Virus record (IMG/VR): IMGVR_UViG_2744054854_000007
Source of the DNA: a virus
Taxonomy: Duplodnaviria > Heunggongvirae > Uroviricota > Caudoviricetes
DNA length: 44,225 nt
Strand: one strand, 5' to 3'
The notes under the pieces are model-generated. The model did no database searches. It saw only the letters and a list, made by a program, of their open reading frames with translations, and was not told where the DNA came from. Positions 34,272-43,035 of this stretch are shown here, in pieces (positions within the stretch are counted from its first letter, which is position 1; every line of letters starts with the position of its first letter). A program made the translations under genes and the position numbers.

Positions 34272-34811
34272 TCATATAGCCCCCAGCATCATCTGCACCA
34301 TCTCCATCAGCGGCCCGGTTAAGCCAGGGTCAACGCGGTACATCTCCACGATCCCCTCGCTCAACTCTTTCAGCTTCTGATGACGTGGAGCATCCATCGC
34401 GACGGCTATCTTCGCTTCGCTGGTTTCTTTCTCCATACGCGCCAGACGAGCCATAACGTTGTCTTCTGGTAGCAGACGGTTGCGGTACTTGAGCGGCAGA
34501 ACAGCAAGAATTGCCGGAGTCAGCTGGCGGACGTTCTCGCGGTATCTTTCACTGTTGAAATGGTTGTCCAGGAAGCGGAAAAGCTTCTGACGCTGTCGGC
34601 TGAGGTCATCAGGGAAAGTGATCTCGTCTCCCCCTTGCGCCTGGTACTCTTCGATGATCAGAGCAGAAACGACATCCTGACCATCTACACCCGCCCATGA
34701 GCGAACGGCATCACGAATATCTTCATGGCTAGGTCCCTTGCACGCTTGAGCACGATTTATCACCGCCTGCTGCGGCGATCCTGTATCCTGGTAAAACGTA
34801 AGTGATTGCAT
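34272..34811 (-). CDS. Putative CII-like lysogeny regulator
   Basis: 179 aa; position between cro-like and O-like genes; family uncertain. Confidence 0.35.
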   Translation of the reverse strand: MQSLTFYQDTGSPQQAVINRAQACKGPSHEDIRDAVRSWAGVDGQDVVSALIIEEYQAQGGDEITFPDDLSRQRQKLFRFLDNHFNSERYRENVRQLTPAILAVLPLKYRNRLLPEDNVMARLARMEKETSEAKIAVAMDAPRHQKLKELSEGIVEMYRVDPGLTGPLMEMVQMMLGAI

Positions 34812-34842
34812 AGTGCAGTCCCTTGATGGTTAGCGCCGCCGG

Positions 34843-35073
34843 TCAGGCGGCTGAATGTGGATGCGGAAACAATTCAGGAAGGTCGGGACGGAATTCATGA
34901 GCTTGAATCTGTCCTTCGCTTGCCTTTACCAAAACAGGAACATGGATCGGGGAGATTTGTTTTTTCCCATTTAACCAGTCACAGACCGTGGATTGGGCCT
35001 TACCACATCGCTTCGCTAGCTCTTTCTGACTACCGGCGATTGCAATCGCTTTTTCTACAGCAGGGTTTTTCAT
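34843..35073 (-). CDS. Cro-like HTH regulator
   Basis: Internal ATG 35073; HTH GSQKELAKRCGKAQSTVCDWLNG; divergent from the CI-like gene across operator palindromes. Confidence 0.65.
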   Translation of the reverse strand: MKNPAVEKAIAIAGSQKELAKRCGKAQSTVCDWLNGKKQISPIHVPVLVKASEGQIQAHEFRPDLPELFPHPHSAA

Positions 35074-35109
35074 AATCGCTCCTTCTATCAATTTAGGTTG
35101 ATTATGTTT

Positions 35110-35169
35110 ATCGCTTTAACGAATGTCAATCGCCTATGCGATTTTTTGCTTATTAATCGCTGTGGCGAT
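35110..35169. promoter_or_regulatory. Operator region: three ATCGC-N4/5-GCGAT-type sites between cro-like and cI-like genes
   Basis: Palindromes ATCGCctatGCGAT (about 35129-35142) and ATCGCtgtgGCGAT (about 35156-35169) plus imperfect ATCGCtttaaCGAAT (about 35110-35124). Confidence 0.6.
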
Positions 35170-35202
35170 AATATTTATGAAGGTTATTAGGGGGTATCTT
35201 TA

Positions 35203-35886
35203 ATGAGTTTTTCTGAGCGATTAGATCGCGCAATGAATGAGGCGGGTTATACACAGGGCAAGCTAGCTAAGGCAGTTGGCATGGCACAGTCAAGTGTTAA
35301 CAAGCTGCTAAATGGTGCATCAAGCTCAAGAAAAACGGTCGAGATAGCTTCTGTTCTCAATGTTCGCCCTGAATGGCTTTCCACGGGATCCGGACCGATG
35401 CGTAACGATGGCCAGCTACCGCCTCCCATTACCGCGACAAAAAAAGACTCAAACATATTCAGAGTTGACGTACTTGACCTGACATTTAGCGCGGGGCCAG
35501 GTTCTTTCATGATTTCTGAGTTTGTTGAGGTTCTACACGCCATTGAGTTCACAACCGAACACGCTCGTTCACTCTTCGGAAATCGTTCTCAGGAAGACGT
35601 AAAAGTAATGACGGTCGATGGCGACAGCATGTGTCCAACTATACAGTCTGGTGACAGATTGTTTTTCGATATTTCTGTAAGAAACTTCAAGGTCGACGGT
35701 GTTTATGCGTTCGTTTTCGGACAACATTTCCATGTGAAGCGCTTGCAGATGCAGGGCGATAGGTTGGCAGTTTTGTCTGATAACTCAGCTTATGAGAAGT
35801 GGTACATTAACGAAGGTAATCAGGATCAACTCTACGTAATGGGTAAGGCATTGATTCATGAATCAATAAAGTATAACCGATTGTAA
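35203..35886 (+). CDS. CI-like repressor (HTH + S24 LexA-type autopeptidase domain)
   Basis: 227 aa; N-terminal HTH QGKLAKAVGMAQSSVNKLLNG; C-terminal GDSM Ser and downstream Lys in the S24-type arrangement. Confidence 0.85.
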   Translation: MSFSERLDRAMNEAGYTQGKLAKAVGMAQSSVNKLLNGASSSRKTVEIASVLNVRPEWLSTGSGPMRNDGQLPPPITATKKDSNIFRVDVLDLTFSAGPGSFMISEFVEVLHAIEFTTEHARSLFGNRSQEDVKVMTVDGDSMCPTIQSGDRLFFDISVRNFKVDGVYAFVFGQHFHVKRLQMQGDRLAVLSDNSAYEKWYINEGNQDQLYVMGKALIHESIKYNRL

Positions 35887-35930
35887 AACTGTACTTTTTA
35901 TCTACTTTGGCCCAGAAAAGGATCATAATT

Positions 35931-36293
35931 ATGAAATCGGAATTATTTCATAGTGAAGCAAACTCCGAGATTATCACAGCGGATGAGTTCATTGATTTCA
36001 TAAATTCATTCAAAAAACCAATAACTTGCCAAATCTGCGGGAACCAGTCATGGTCTGTAGTTGGTGCCTTTGATCTTGATGTAGAAGAAAATCAGCCAAA
36101 ACATCATGTGATCGAAACACTTAGTTATGCACAATACAAACCTGATACTGATAGTGCTGTGACATATCCTGGCGGTATGCCACTATTTCGAATCACGTGT
36201 GATCACTGCGCACATGTACTGCTTTTTTCTTATAAAAAAGCCAGGACACTGATTAATAAAAGAAAAGAAGATCAAGGAGAGGATGGGAAGTGA
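35931..36293 (+). CDS. Zn-ribbon-like small protein, cargo gene 1 downstream of cI
   Basis: ATG 35931 (track ORF begins at TTG 35907); CQICG...CDHCAH cysteine pairs; AT-rich by eye. Confidence 0.5.
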   Translation: MKSELFHSEANSEIITADEFIDFINSFKKPITCQICGNQSWSVVGAFDLDVEENQPKHHVIETLSYAQYKPDTDSAVTYPGGMPLFRITCDHCAHVLLFSYKKARTLINKRKEDQGEDGK

Positions 36294-36922
36294 TGGGCCC
36301 ATCTCTCAAAGCTGTCCCAGACTGCGGTTCTGGCATTGATAAAGATGACCTGTACCCCAATGTTCAAAACAGACTACGCGTCGATAAAGAAGAAATGTAT
36401 ACTAACTTTATCAAATCAACAGATGAAGCTAATGAAACTGATGGGGGAAATGAAATGTCATCAGTTAGCCGTGAAGAAATGCAAGCACTTCTAGCTGCCA
36501 ATAAGGCGGAGATGGAGTCCATTGCATCTTCGATTAGAGCTGAAATGGCTTTGTCACGCGAGAATATGAACGTTCAGCTGGCATCGCTCAATTCATCTAT
36601 TAGCTCTATTTCTTCTAAAATTGAAGGGAAAATGGATAGCGTTGATGGGGATGTAAAAGCCATCAATGGCAAATTCGAAGGTATACAAGGGCAAATTACA
36701 GGAATAAACACTGCGATTGGCGGTATTCAATCAGGTATTTCCACTAGGCTTGCTATTTTTGGCGTTATCATTGCGGTTGTCGTTGCATTACCTAGTCTTG
36801 TTTCTGCCTTGAAGAGTGATCCGCCCGTAGTTCAACCAGTAGCGCAGCAACCTGTTATCATCCAATTACCTCAAGAACCAACTACTCCACGAGTACTTCA
36901 CCAACAGGAAAAATCAAAGTAA
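36293..36922 (+). CDS. Coiled-coil protein with C-terminal transmembrane anchor, cargo gene 2
   Basis: ATG 36293 overlapping upstream TGA; heptad-like Ser/Ile/Glu-rich region; hydrophobic LAIFGVIIAVVVALPSLVSAL near C-terminus then Pro/Gln-rich tail. Confidence 0.5.
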   Translation: MGPSLKAVPDCGSGIDKDDLYPNVQNRLRVDKEEMYTNFIKSTDEANETDGGNEMSSVSREEMQALLAANKAEMESIASSIRAEMALSRENMNVQLASLNSSISSISSKIEGKMDSVDGDVKAINGKFEGIQGQITGINTAIGGIQSGISTRLAIFGVIIAVVVALPSLVSALKSDPPVVQPVAQQPVIIQLPQEPTTPRVLHQQEKSK

Positions 36923-36945
36923 ACCGGCATTATGCCGGTTTTCAT
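36921..36945 (+). terminator. Terminator-like hairpin (plus strand) after cargo gene 2
   Basis: AACCGGC-attat-GCCGGTT then TTTCATATT; U-tract imperfect. Confidence 0.45.
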
Positions 36946-37482
36946 ATTCCTTTTCTCACCATAGCAGTGACATCCCACAACACTCCTTTGTGAATCACAT
37001 TTCCAACCGCGCGACGCTTAGTCTCCAAGCTATCTACTATCGCATCTCGACTTATCACCACACCGTTGATTATCTACTCGACAACTGCACCGCCAATCTC
37101 GCCAGCCATGAAAGCAGCGCGATCTTCCAGCAGCTCATCACGTGACATATCCATTCCTAAACCCATATCAATATCCCCGCCTGGTGTTTTTTTGAGCATA
37201 TCACGCATCTCATACAAAAATAAATCACTTTATAAATCAAATAAAAATCGGCAAAATCACAATATTATCGTTTAAGCGATTGATAAAATAAATCGCCTTA
37301 GCTATCATCACCCCATCGAGAAACACTAAGCGCATCAAGTTCAAACGTTCCGCTGGCCTGGCGACAAGGGCAAAGCACAGAGTGAGCTTCGCGGTGGTGA
37401 ACTGCAGAGTTAAAACGCTCAACTGTGAAGATCAGCACCACGGCGCCACCAGCGAAGTTCACTCAGAAAACTGGAGAACATC

Positions 37483-37689
37483 ATGGTTCATCAGCACTAC
37501 GGTACACAGACGGTAAACCGCGGCGCAGTTCAGCCGGGGATGCTCGTCAAACACAAAGACTCAACCTGGACGGCATCAGCTAACGCTCGCGGACGTTTGT
37601 ATCTGCATCGCGGCGTAGAAATGACTTACACCAAGGATTTGCTGGTTGAAGTTTATCTGAACGGTCTGGGGCATGGACTCAGCCACTAG
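37483..37689 (+). CDS. Hypothetical early protein (68 aa)
   Basis: ATG 37483 with GGAG SD; first gene of plus-strand early operon. Confidence 0.4.
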   Translation: MVHQHYGTQTVNRGAVQPGMLVKHKDSTWTASANARGRLYLHRGVEMTYTKDLLVEVYLNGLGHGLSH

Positions 37690-37700
37690 CGGAGGATGTC

Positions 37701-37862
37701 ATGTTAGACAAGAAATGCGGATATTGCGGCAAGCCGGTTAAAACGGAGGAAGTAATCAAGAGCACCCTTCTCTATCGCAACGGCTCACAGCTGGCGCGCA
37801 AAGAAAAAGAGTATTGCTCCAAACGTTGCGCTTCGCACGACCAGATGGCTCACGAAGGCTAA
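37701..37862 (+). CDS. Small Cys4 zinc-ribbon protein (53 aa), not in ORF track
   Basis: ATG 37701 six nt after GGAGG; CGYCGK...CSKRCA cysteine pairs; stop TAA 37860-37862. Confidence 0.45.
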   Translation: MLDKKCGYCGKPVKTEEVIKSTLLYRNGSQLARKEKEYCSKRCASHDQMAHEG

Positions 37863-38001
37863 CGTAAAACCCGCGCAAGGCGGGATCTACGTCCGGTGGT
37901 ACCGACCAAAGTTACACCGGAAACAACATTAAAACCAAAGTTAACCCAATGGGCGCTATCAATGGTCCGGGGATTCTAACACCCAAAAATGAGGATCTCA
38001 C

Positions 38002-41000
38002 ATGGAATTCTTTAATGTGGTTAAAGCCACTCAGAAATCCGGAAAGCAAGATGCAGTGGTCTGGTTCACTGCTAAAACCGAGGCTCGCGCCAATCTGATG
38101 CTGGATGTTGCGCTGGAAGATGCAGGTATCGAAACAGGTCGGGGTAAGGACTACGCCAAACCGATTCGCACTGATTTCCCAGTTGTCGACGGCCTGCCGA
38201 AAGAAGGTGAAGTTGATTTTACCTGGTGTGATCGCTACGAGCTTCAGGACGATGGGCGCACCTGGCTGCCAAAAGCCGCTGGTGTGTCTACTGGTTCCGT
38301 TTACGCCCCCTCCACACCTACTCCGACCGTAATCGTTGAAGATGCGACTGCGTCCGAAATTGTCCCGGTTGAAAACCGTACTCCAGCGGTCCGCTTTGCC
38401 GTCCATCTGATGAACGATAAATACCAAACCCACGTCACTAAAGAGCAGCAGTTGGCTGCCAGCGAAATGTCACTGGATGAAGGCAATACATATCTCCATA
38501 GCCTGCTTGTGGCAAGGAACGATGTGCCCGCGACCGCCAAACTCAGCCTGAATGCTGAGTGGAAAATGATTCGGGCGGTTAAGGACATTTTCACACCAGA
38601 CGAAGAGCACGAACCAAGATTGATCGCTGCATTCATGTCTGACTGGGTGAACACCGATGCCGGTGACCGCAATCAACTGGTAGAAGACTGGCGCAGTGGT
38701 AAGTTGCAGTTGCTCAAAACTGAAACCAGCAACGCTGCTGACGTTACAACGGGTCAAGATCTCACTGTTGAGGACGGTATCCAGACCGACGAGAACGGCC
38801 GGGCAGAAGGTGGCGTCGTTGATGGTGAAGTCGATACCGAAGAGCAATCCCAGCAGACACAGCAACCGAACCTGATCGTTGTTGCCACCCTGCCATTCCG
38901 CCAGCGCGTACTGGCTCAGTTCATCGGTGATGGTGAATATCTCTATCACATCGACGCAGGGCAGAAAAATGAGATTGTCCGCCTTGAGATGGACACCGAT
39001 GACGCGTACGTCCAGAACCTGCTGCTGGCAGCTGAGAATGTGGAAGCATTCAAAAAAGCCATTGAGCACGATATTCATAAAGTCGTGAATGCCGTTAAGA
39101 AAGTCTTCCCTGTCGATGGAAAAATCCCTGAACTCGCAACCTTAATCCAGTTTTTGAAATTGTGGTTCGCTACAGATCACATCGACCGCGGTATCCTCGT
39201 TCGCGAATGGGCCGCCGGTAATCGCATCAGTAGTGTGCAGCGTACTGATTCCGGCACTAATGCCGACGGCGGTTACGTCACTGACCGTGGACCTGACGCA
39301 CACCACACACTGGACACTCTCGATTTAGAGATTGCGTGTGCCCTTCTGCCTATGGACTTCAACCACTTCGAGATCCCGGGCAGCATTCTTCGTCGCGCTA
39401 AAGAAATCGTGACCAAAAAAGAAGAACCATGGAAATCATGGAGCAACATCCTGCGCAATCAGCCAGGTGTTCTGGGTGTTAACCGCACGGCTATTTTTAA
39501 CCTGGTACGTATCGCACCGGAAAATATTCATTTAACTCCTGTCGCTCACCTGGAATTTGTTAACCAGACCATGACAGCCGCGTTCAATTCCGCGGTCGAG
39601 TTATTGCCGTTGCATGAGGCTGAACCCGCAGCACAGGAAATTCCCCAACCTGAAGGTAAGGAGTCTCCGCGCAAATCCTTCTGCACTCACGAAGAGAACC
39701 TGCAACGCGTGCGTGAAGAAGGAGCACGCCGCCGCGCAGAGGAAGCGGCAGCACAACCGCAGAAAGTCGAACAAGAACTGGTTAAAAATGTCGGCAACGG
39801 AATATTCGACGTTACGGCTTTGCTGCAGAACTCAGCAACTCATGGCACGAAAAAGGCTACGGAGACCACCAGCAATGTGCAGGTTCAAGAAACTGTCAGT
39901 GATGAAAAACAAGCTGGTGATGAAGTACAGCCAGGCGAAAGCAGTCTGGAGTCTGGTGAAGAGTCAGATACCAGCCAGAAGGACGATGTAAACCAGAATA
40001 CGGATTCTGTCGCCAAAAATAGCGATTCTGTAAGCCAAACCGAACCAGTTGCAGCACAAACCGAGCCAGAAGCGCAATCTGACGAACCAGCTGTTGTTTA
40101 TCCCGCTTATTTCGAGCCAGGCCGCTATGAAGGGCTGCCAAACGAGGTTTACCACGCCGCCAACGGCATCAGCTCAACCCAGGTGAAAGATGCGCGCGTT
40201 TCGCTGATGTACTTCAATGCGCGCCACGTAGAGAAAACCATCGTCAAAGAGCGCTCAGCGGTGCTGGACATGGGCAACTTGGTGCATGCGCTGGCGTTGC
40301 AGCCTGAACTACTGGACGCAGAATTCAGCGTTGAACCGGTGATCCCTGAAGGCGCATTCACAACGGCCGCGACCCTGCGCGCCTTTATCGATGAGCACAA
40401 TGCCAGCCTGCCGGCGCTGCTGTCTGCCGACGACATCAAGGTGTTACTGGAAGAGTACAACGCCACCCTGCCGCCGCAGGTTCCGCTTGGCGCTAACCTG
40501 GAAGAAACGGCACAGAACTATATGGCGCTGCCAGCTGACTTCCAGCGTATTGATGGTGACCAGAAGCAGACGGCGACGGCAATGAAGGCATGCATTAAAG
40601 AGTACAACGCCACCCTGCCGCCGCCGGTTAAAACCAGCGGCAGCCGTGACGCGCTGCTGGAGCAGTTGGCAATCATCAACCCTGACCTTGTGGCTCAGGA
40701 AGCACAGAAACCGGCACCACTGAAAGTGTCCGGTACCAAAGCAGACATGATCCAGGCCGTGAAGGCAGTCAAACCAGATGCCGTATTTGCCGACGAACTG
40801 CTGGATGCCTGGCGCGATAACCCGGAAGGAAAAGTGCTGGTCACCCGCCAGCAGCTGAGCACCGCGCTGAATATTCAAAAAGCGCTTCTGGCACACCCGA
40901 CCGCCGGCATGCTGCTGACCCACCCTAGCCGAGCCGTTGAGGTGAGCTACTTTGGTTTTGACGAGGAGACGGGCTTGGAAGTTCGTGTGCGCCCTGACCT

Positions 41001-41391
41001 TGAGATCGACCTGGATGGCGTGCGTATAGGTGCAGACCTGAAAACCATCAGCATGTGGAATGTTAAGCAGGAAAGCCTGCGCGCCAGGCTACACCGGGAA
41101 ATTATTGAACGTGATTATCACCTGAGCGCGGCTATGTACTGCGAAACCGCAGCGCTGGATCAGTTCTTCTGGATTTTCGTCAACAAAGACGAGAACTACC
41201 ACTGGATCGCCATCATCGAGGCATCCGCTGAACTACTGGAGCTGGGTATGCTCGAGTACCGCAAAGCGATGCGCAATATCGCAACCGGATTCGACACAGG
41301 TGAATGGCCAGCGCCAATCACTGCTGACTACACCGACGAACTGAACGACTTCGACCTGCGCCGCCTTGAAGCGCTGCGTACTCAGGCATAA
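38002..41391 (+). CDS. RecE-like exonuclease VIII (large N-terminal extension, C-terminal nuclease domain)
   Basis: 1129 aa; ATG 38002 with GAGGA SD; C-terminal region reminiscent of RecE; immediately upstream of annealase gene. Confidence 0.65.
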   Translation: MEFFNVVKATQKSGKQDAVVWFTAKTEARANLMLDVALEDAGIETGRGKDYAKPIRTDFPVVDGLPKEGEVDFTWCDRYELQDDGRTWLPKAAGVSTGSVYAPSTPTPTVIVEDATASEIVPVENRTPAVRFAVHLMNDKYQTHVTKEQQLAASEMSLDEGNTYLHSLLVARNDVPATAKLSLNAEWKMIRAVKDIFTPDEEHEPRLIAAFMSDWVNTDAGDRNQLVEDWRSGKLQLLKTETSNAADVTTGQDLTVEDGIQTDENGRAEGGVVDGEVDTEEQSQQTQQPNLIVVATLPFRQRVLAQFIGDGEYLYHIDAGQKNEIVRLEMDTDDAYVQNLLLAAENVEAFKKAIEHDIHKVVNAVKKVFPVDGKIPELATLIQFLKLWFATDHIDRGILVREWAAGNRISSVQRTDSGTNADGGYVTDRGPDAHHTLDTLDLEIACALLPMDFNHFEIPGSILRRAKEIVTKKEEPWKSWSNILRNQPGVLGVNRTAIFNLVRIAPENIHLTPVAHLEFVNQTMTAAFNSAVELLPLHEAEPAAQEIPQPEGKESPRKSFCTHEENLQRVREEGARRRAEEAAAQPQKVEQELVKNVGNGIFDVTALLQNSATHGTKKATETTSNVQVQETVSDEKQAGDEVQPGESSLESGEESDTSQKDDVNQNTDSVAKNSDSVSQTEPVAAQTEPEAQSDEPAVVYPAYFEPGRYEGLPNEVYHAANGISSTQVKDARVSLMYFNARHVEKTIVKERSAVLDMGNLVHALALQPELLDAEFSVEPVIPEGAFTTAATLRAFIDEHNASLPALLSADDIKVLLEEYNATLPPQVPLGANLEETAQNYMALPADFQRIDGDQKQTATAMKACIKEYNATLPPPVKTSGSRDALLEQLAIINPDLVAQEAQKPAPLKVSGTKADMIQAVKAVKPDAVFADELLDAWRDNPEGKVLVTRQQLSTALNIQKALLAHPTAGMLLTHPSRAVEVSYFGFDEETGLEVRVRPDLEIDLDGVRIGADLKTISMWNVKQESLRARLHREIIERDYHLSAAMYCETAALDQFFWIFVNKDENYHWIAIIEASAELLELGMLEYRKAMRNIATGFDTGEWPAPITADYTDELNDFDLRRLEALRTQA

Positions 41392-41396
41392 GGGGA

Positions 41397-42515
41397 ATGA
41401 TGATGGAAAACACGAATATCGTAACCGCTGAACAGCAGACTCCAAACACGATCTCAGCCAGCAATGCCATTTTCAACGTGCAGGCTTTAACCCAGCTTCA
41501 GTCTGTCGCCGGGTTGATGGCACAGGCAGCCGTAACGGTGCCTGAGCACCTCCGCGGCAATCCGGCAGACTGCATGGCCATCATCATGCAGGCGATGCAG
41601 TGGGGTATGAACCCTTACGCCGTGGCGCAAAAGACGCACCTGGTTAACGGTGTCCTGGGATACGAAGCGCAACTGGTTAATGCGGTGATCTCCAGCTCAA
41701 ACGCCATCGTTGGCCGCTTTCACTATGAGTACGAGGGCGACAGGTCGAAATGTGCCAGCAGCCGCGAGATAACCGTTAAAAAGCCTGCGAAAGGTGGCGG
41801 GACGTACGACAAGAAAGAAATGGTACGCGGTTGGGAAAGTGCTGATGAACAAGGACTGTCGGTACGGGTAGGTGCCGTTATTCGCGGTGAAAGTGATATC
41901 ACCTGGGGAGAGCCTGTTTTCCTCTCCAGCGTAATCACACGTAATTCTCCACTTTGGGTATCAAACCCGAAACAGCAGATCGCTTATCTGGCACTCAAAT
42001 ACTGGGCGCGCCTATATTGCCCTGCAGTTGTTCTTGGTGTGTACACCCCTGATGAGATTGAACAGCGCACAGAAAAAGAGATCAACCCAACGCCGCAACG
42101 CGTTAGCCTGGCTGATATCTCAGGTGACACCGTCACAACCACGCAAAGCGCACAGGAATCGTCGGTAAATGTCGACTCTCTTGCCGATGATTTCCGCGAA
42201 CGCATCGAATCTGCTCAGGACGTGGATAGCGCCAAATCGCTGCGTGCCGACATTGAAACGGCGAAAGCTACGCTGGGATCCGCACTATTCACCGAGCTGA
42301 AAAACAAAGCCGTAAAGCGTTATTACCTAGTGGATGCACGCAACAAGGTTGAGGAGGCTATTAAATCCCTGCCCCAGCCCGACGAGCCGCATGCAGCCGA
42401 ACGGTTCGCTGAAGCCGAGCGCATGCTTGCATCTTCAAAGCGTCACTTAGGCGATGAACTGCACGATCAATTCAGCATCACCCTGGCGGATATGAAACCG
42501 GAATACGTGGCCTGA
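41397..42515 (+). CDS. Single-strand annealing protein (Red-beta/RecT superfamily)
   Basis: 372 aa; by-eye similarity to lambda Bet in two blocks (...AIIMQAMQWGMNPY... and ...NPKQQIAYLALKYWARL...). Confidence 0.75.
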   Translation: MMMENTNIVTAEQQTPNTISASNAIFNVQALTQLQSVAGLMAQAAVTVPEHLRGNPADCMAIIMQAMQWGMNPYAVAQKTHLVNGVLGYEAQLVNAVISSSNAIVGRFHYEYEGDRSKCASSREITVKKPAKGGGTYDKKEMVRGWESADEQGLSVRVGAVIRGESDITWGEPVFLSSVITRNSPLWVSNPKQQIAYLALKYWARLYCPAVVLGVYTPDEIEQRTEKEINPTPQRVSLADISGDTVTTTQSAQESSVNVDSLADDFRERIESAQDVDSAKSLRADIETAKATLGSALFTELKNKAVKRYYLVDARNKVEEAIKSLPQPDEPHAAERFAEAERMLASSKRHLGDELHDQFSITLADMKPEYVA

Positions 42516-42553
42516 CGAGACCGGGAGGGGTAACCCTCCCTCAAGGAGATTAT

Positions 42554-42796
42554 ATGCGACTGATCAATCGAGGAAGTAAGCAATCACCTTTAGCTCGCCA
42601 AGCATGCGACATCGCGCTGGCAGCTCACTTGCAAACATATGGCGACTATGGGCGAAGCAAGATGAAAGAGACTTATACGGTGAAGGTTGAAGGCGTGAAA
42701 GTCTGGGTGGAGGTGGTGAACCGAAAGGCGAGCTACGTGGCCACAGCGATGACCGGCATGCGCCGTCTCCGCTCCCTGCCCGGGCAGGTTGGTTGA
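42554..42796 (+). CDS. Hypothetical protein (80 aa)
   Basis: ATG 42554 with AAGGAG SD. Confidence 0.45.
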   Translation: MRLINRGSKQSPLARQACDIALAAHLQTYGDYGRSKMKETYTVKVEGVKVWVEVVNRKASYVATAMTGMRRLRSLPGQVG

Positions 42797-42837
42797 AAAA
42801 GATTTTGAATGGCCCGAACGGGCAACTGGAGAGAGCT

Positions 42838-43035
42838 ATGGATGATATTTTGGTAACGTCAGACCTGACCAGTCGCTACAAAATTTCACGCAAAACCCTT
42901 TGGTCATGGCAAAGTGCAGACACAATGCCTCGGGGCTTCGTATGCCCGTTCCCACCCCCTGACTGGCCCGGCAACCCTAACCGCTGGCGCTCTGAGTCAA
43001 TCAAAGAGTGGGAGGATAAAAAGAAGATAAATTAA
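42838..43035 (+). CDS. xis: Excisionase/AlpA-like small DNA-binding protein
   Basis: ATG 42838 with GGAGAG SD (track ORF starts at upstream TTG); ...[22 protein letters not shown]... HTH; stop overlaps integrase stop. Confidence 0.55.
   Translation: MDDILVTSDLTSRYKISRKTLWSWQSADTMPRGFVCPFPPPDWPGNPNRWRSESIKEWEDKKKIN

Noticed and set aside
37912-39078. Minus-strand track ORFs (37912-38433, 38301-38672, 38470-39078) inside the RecE-like gene
   Set aside because: Antisense to a long, well-supported ORF, no SD/start context, low-complexity translations; typical shadow ORFs
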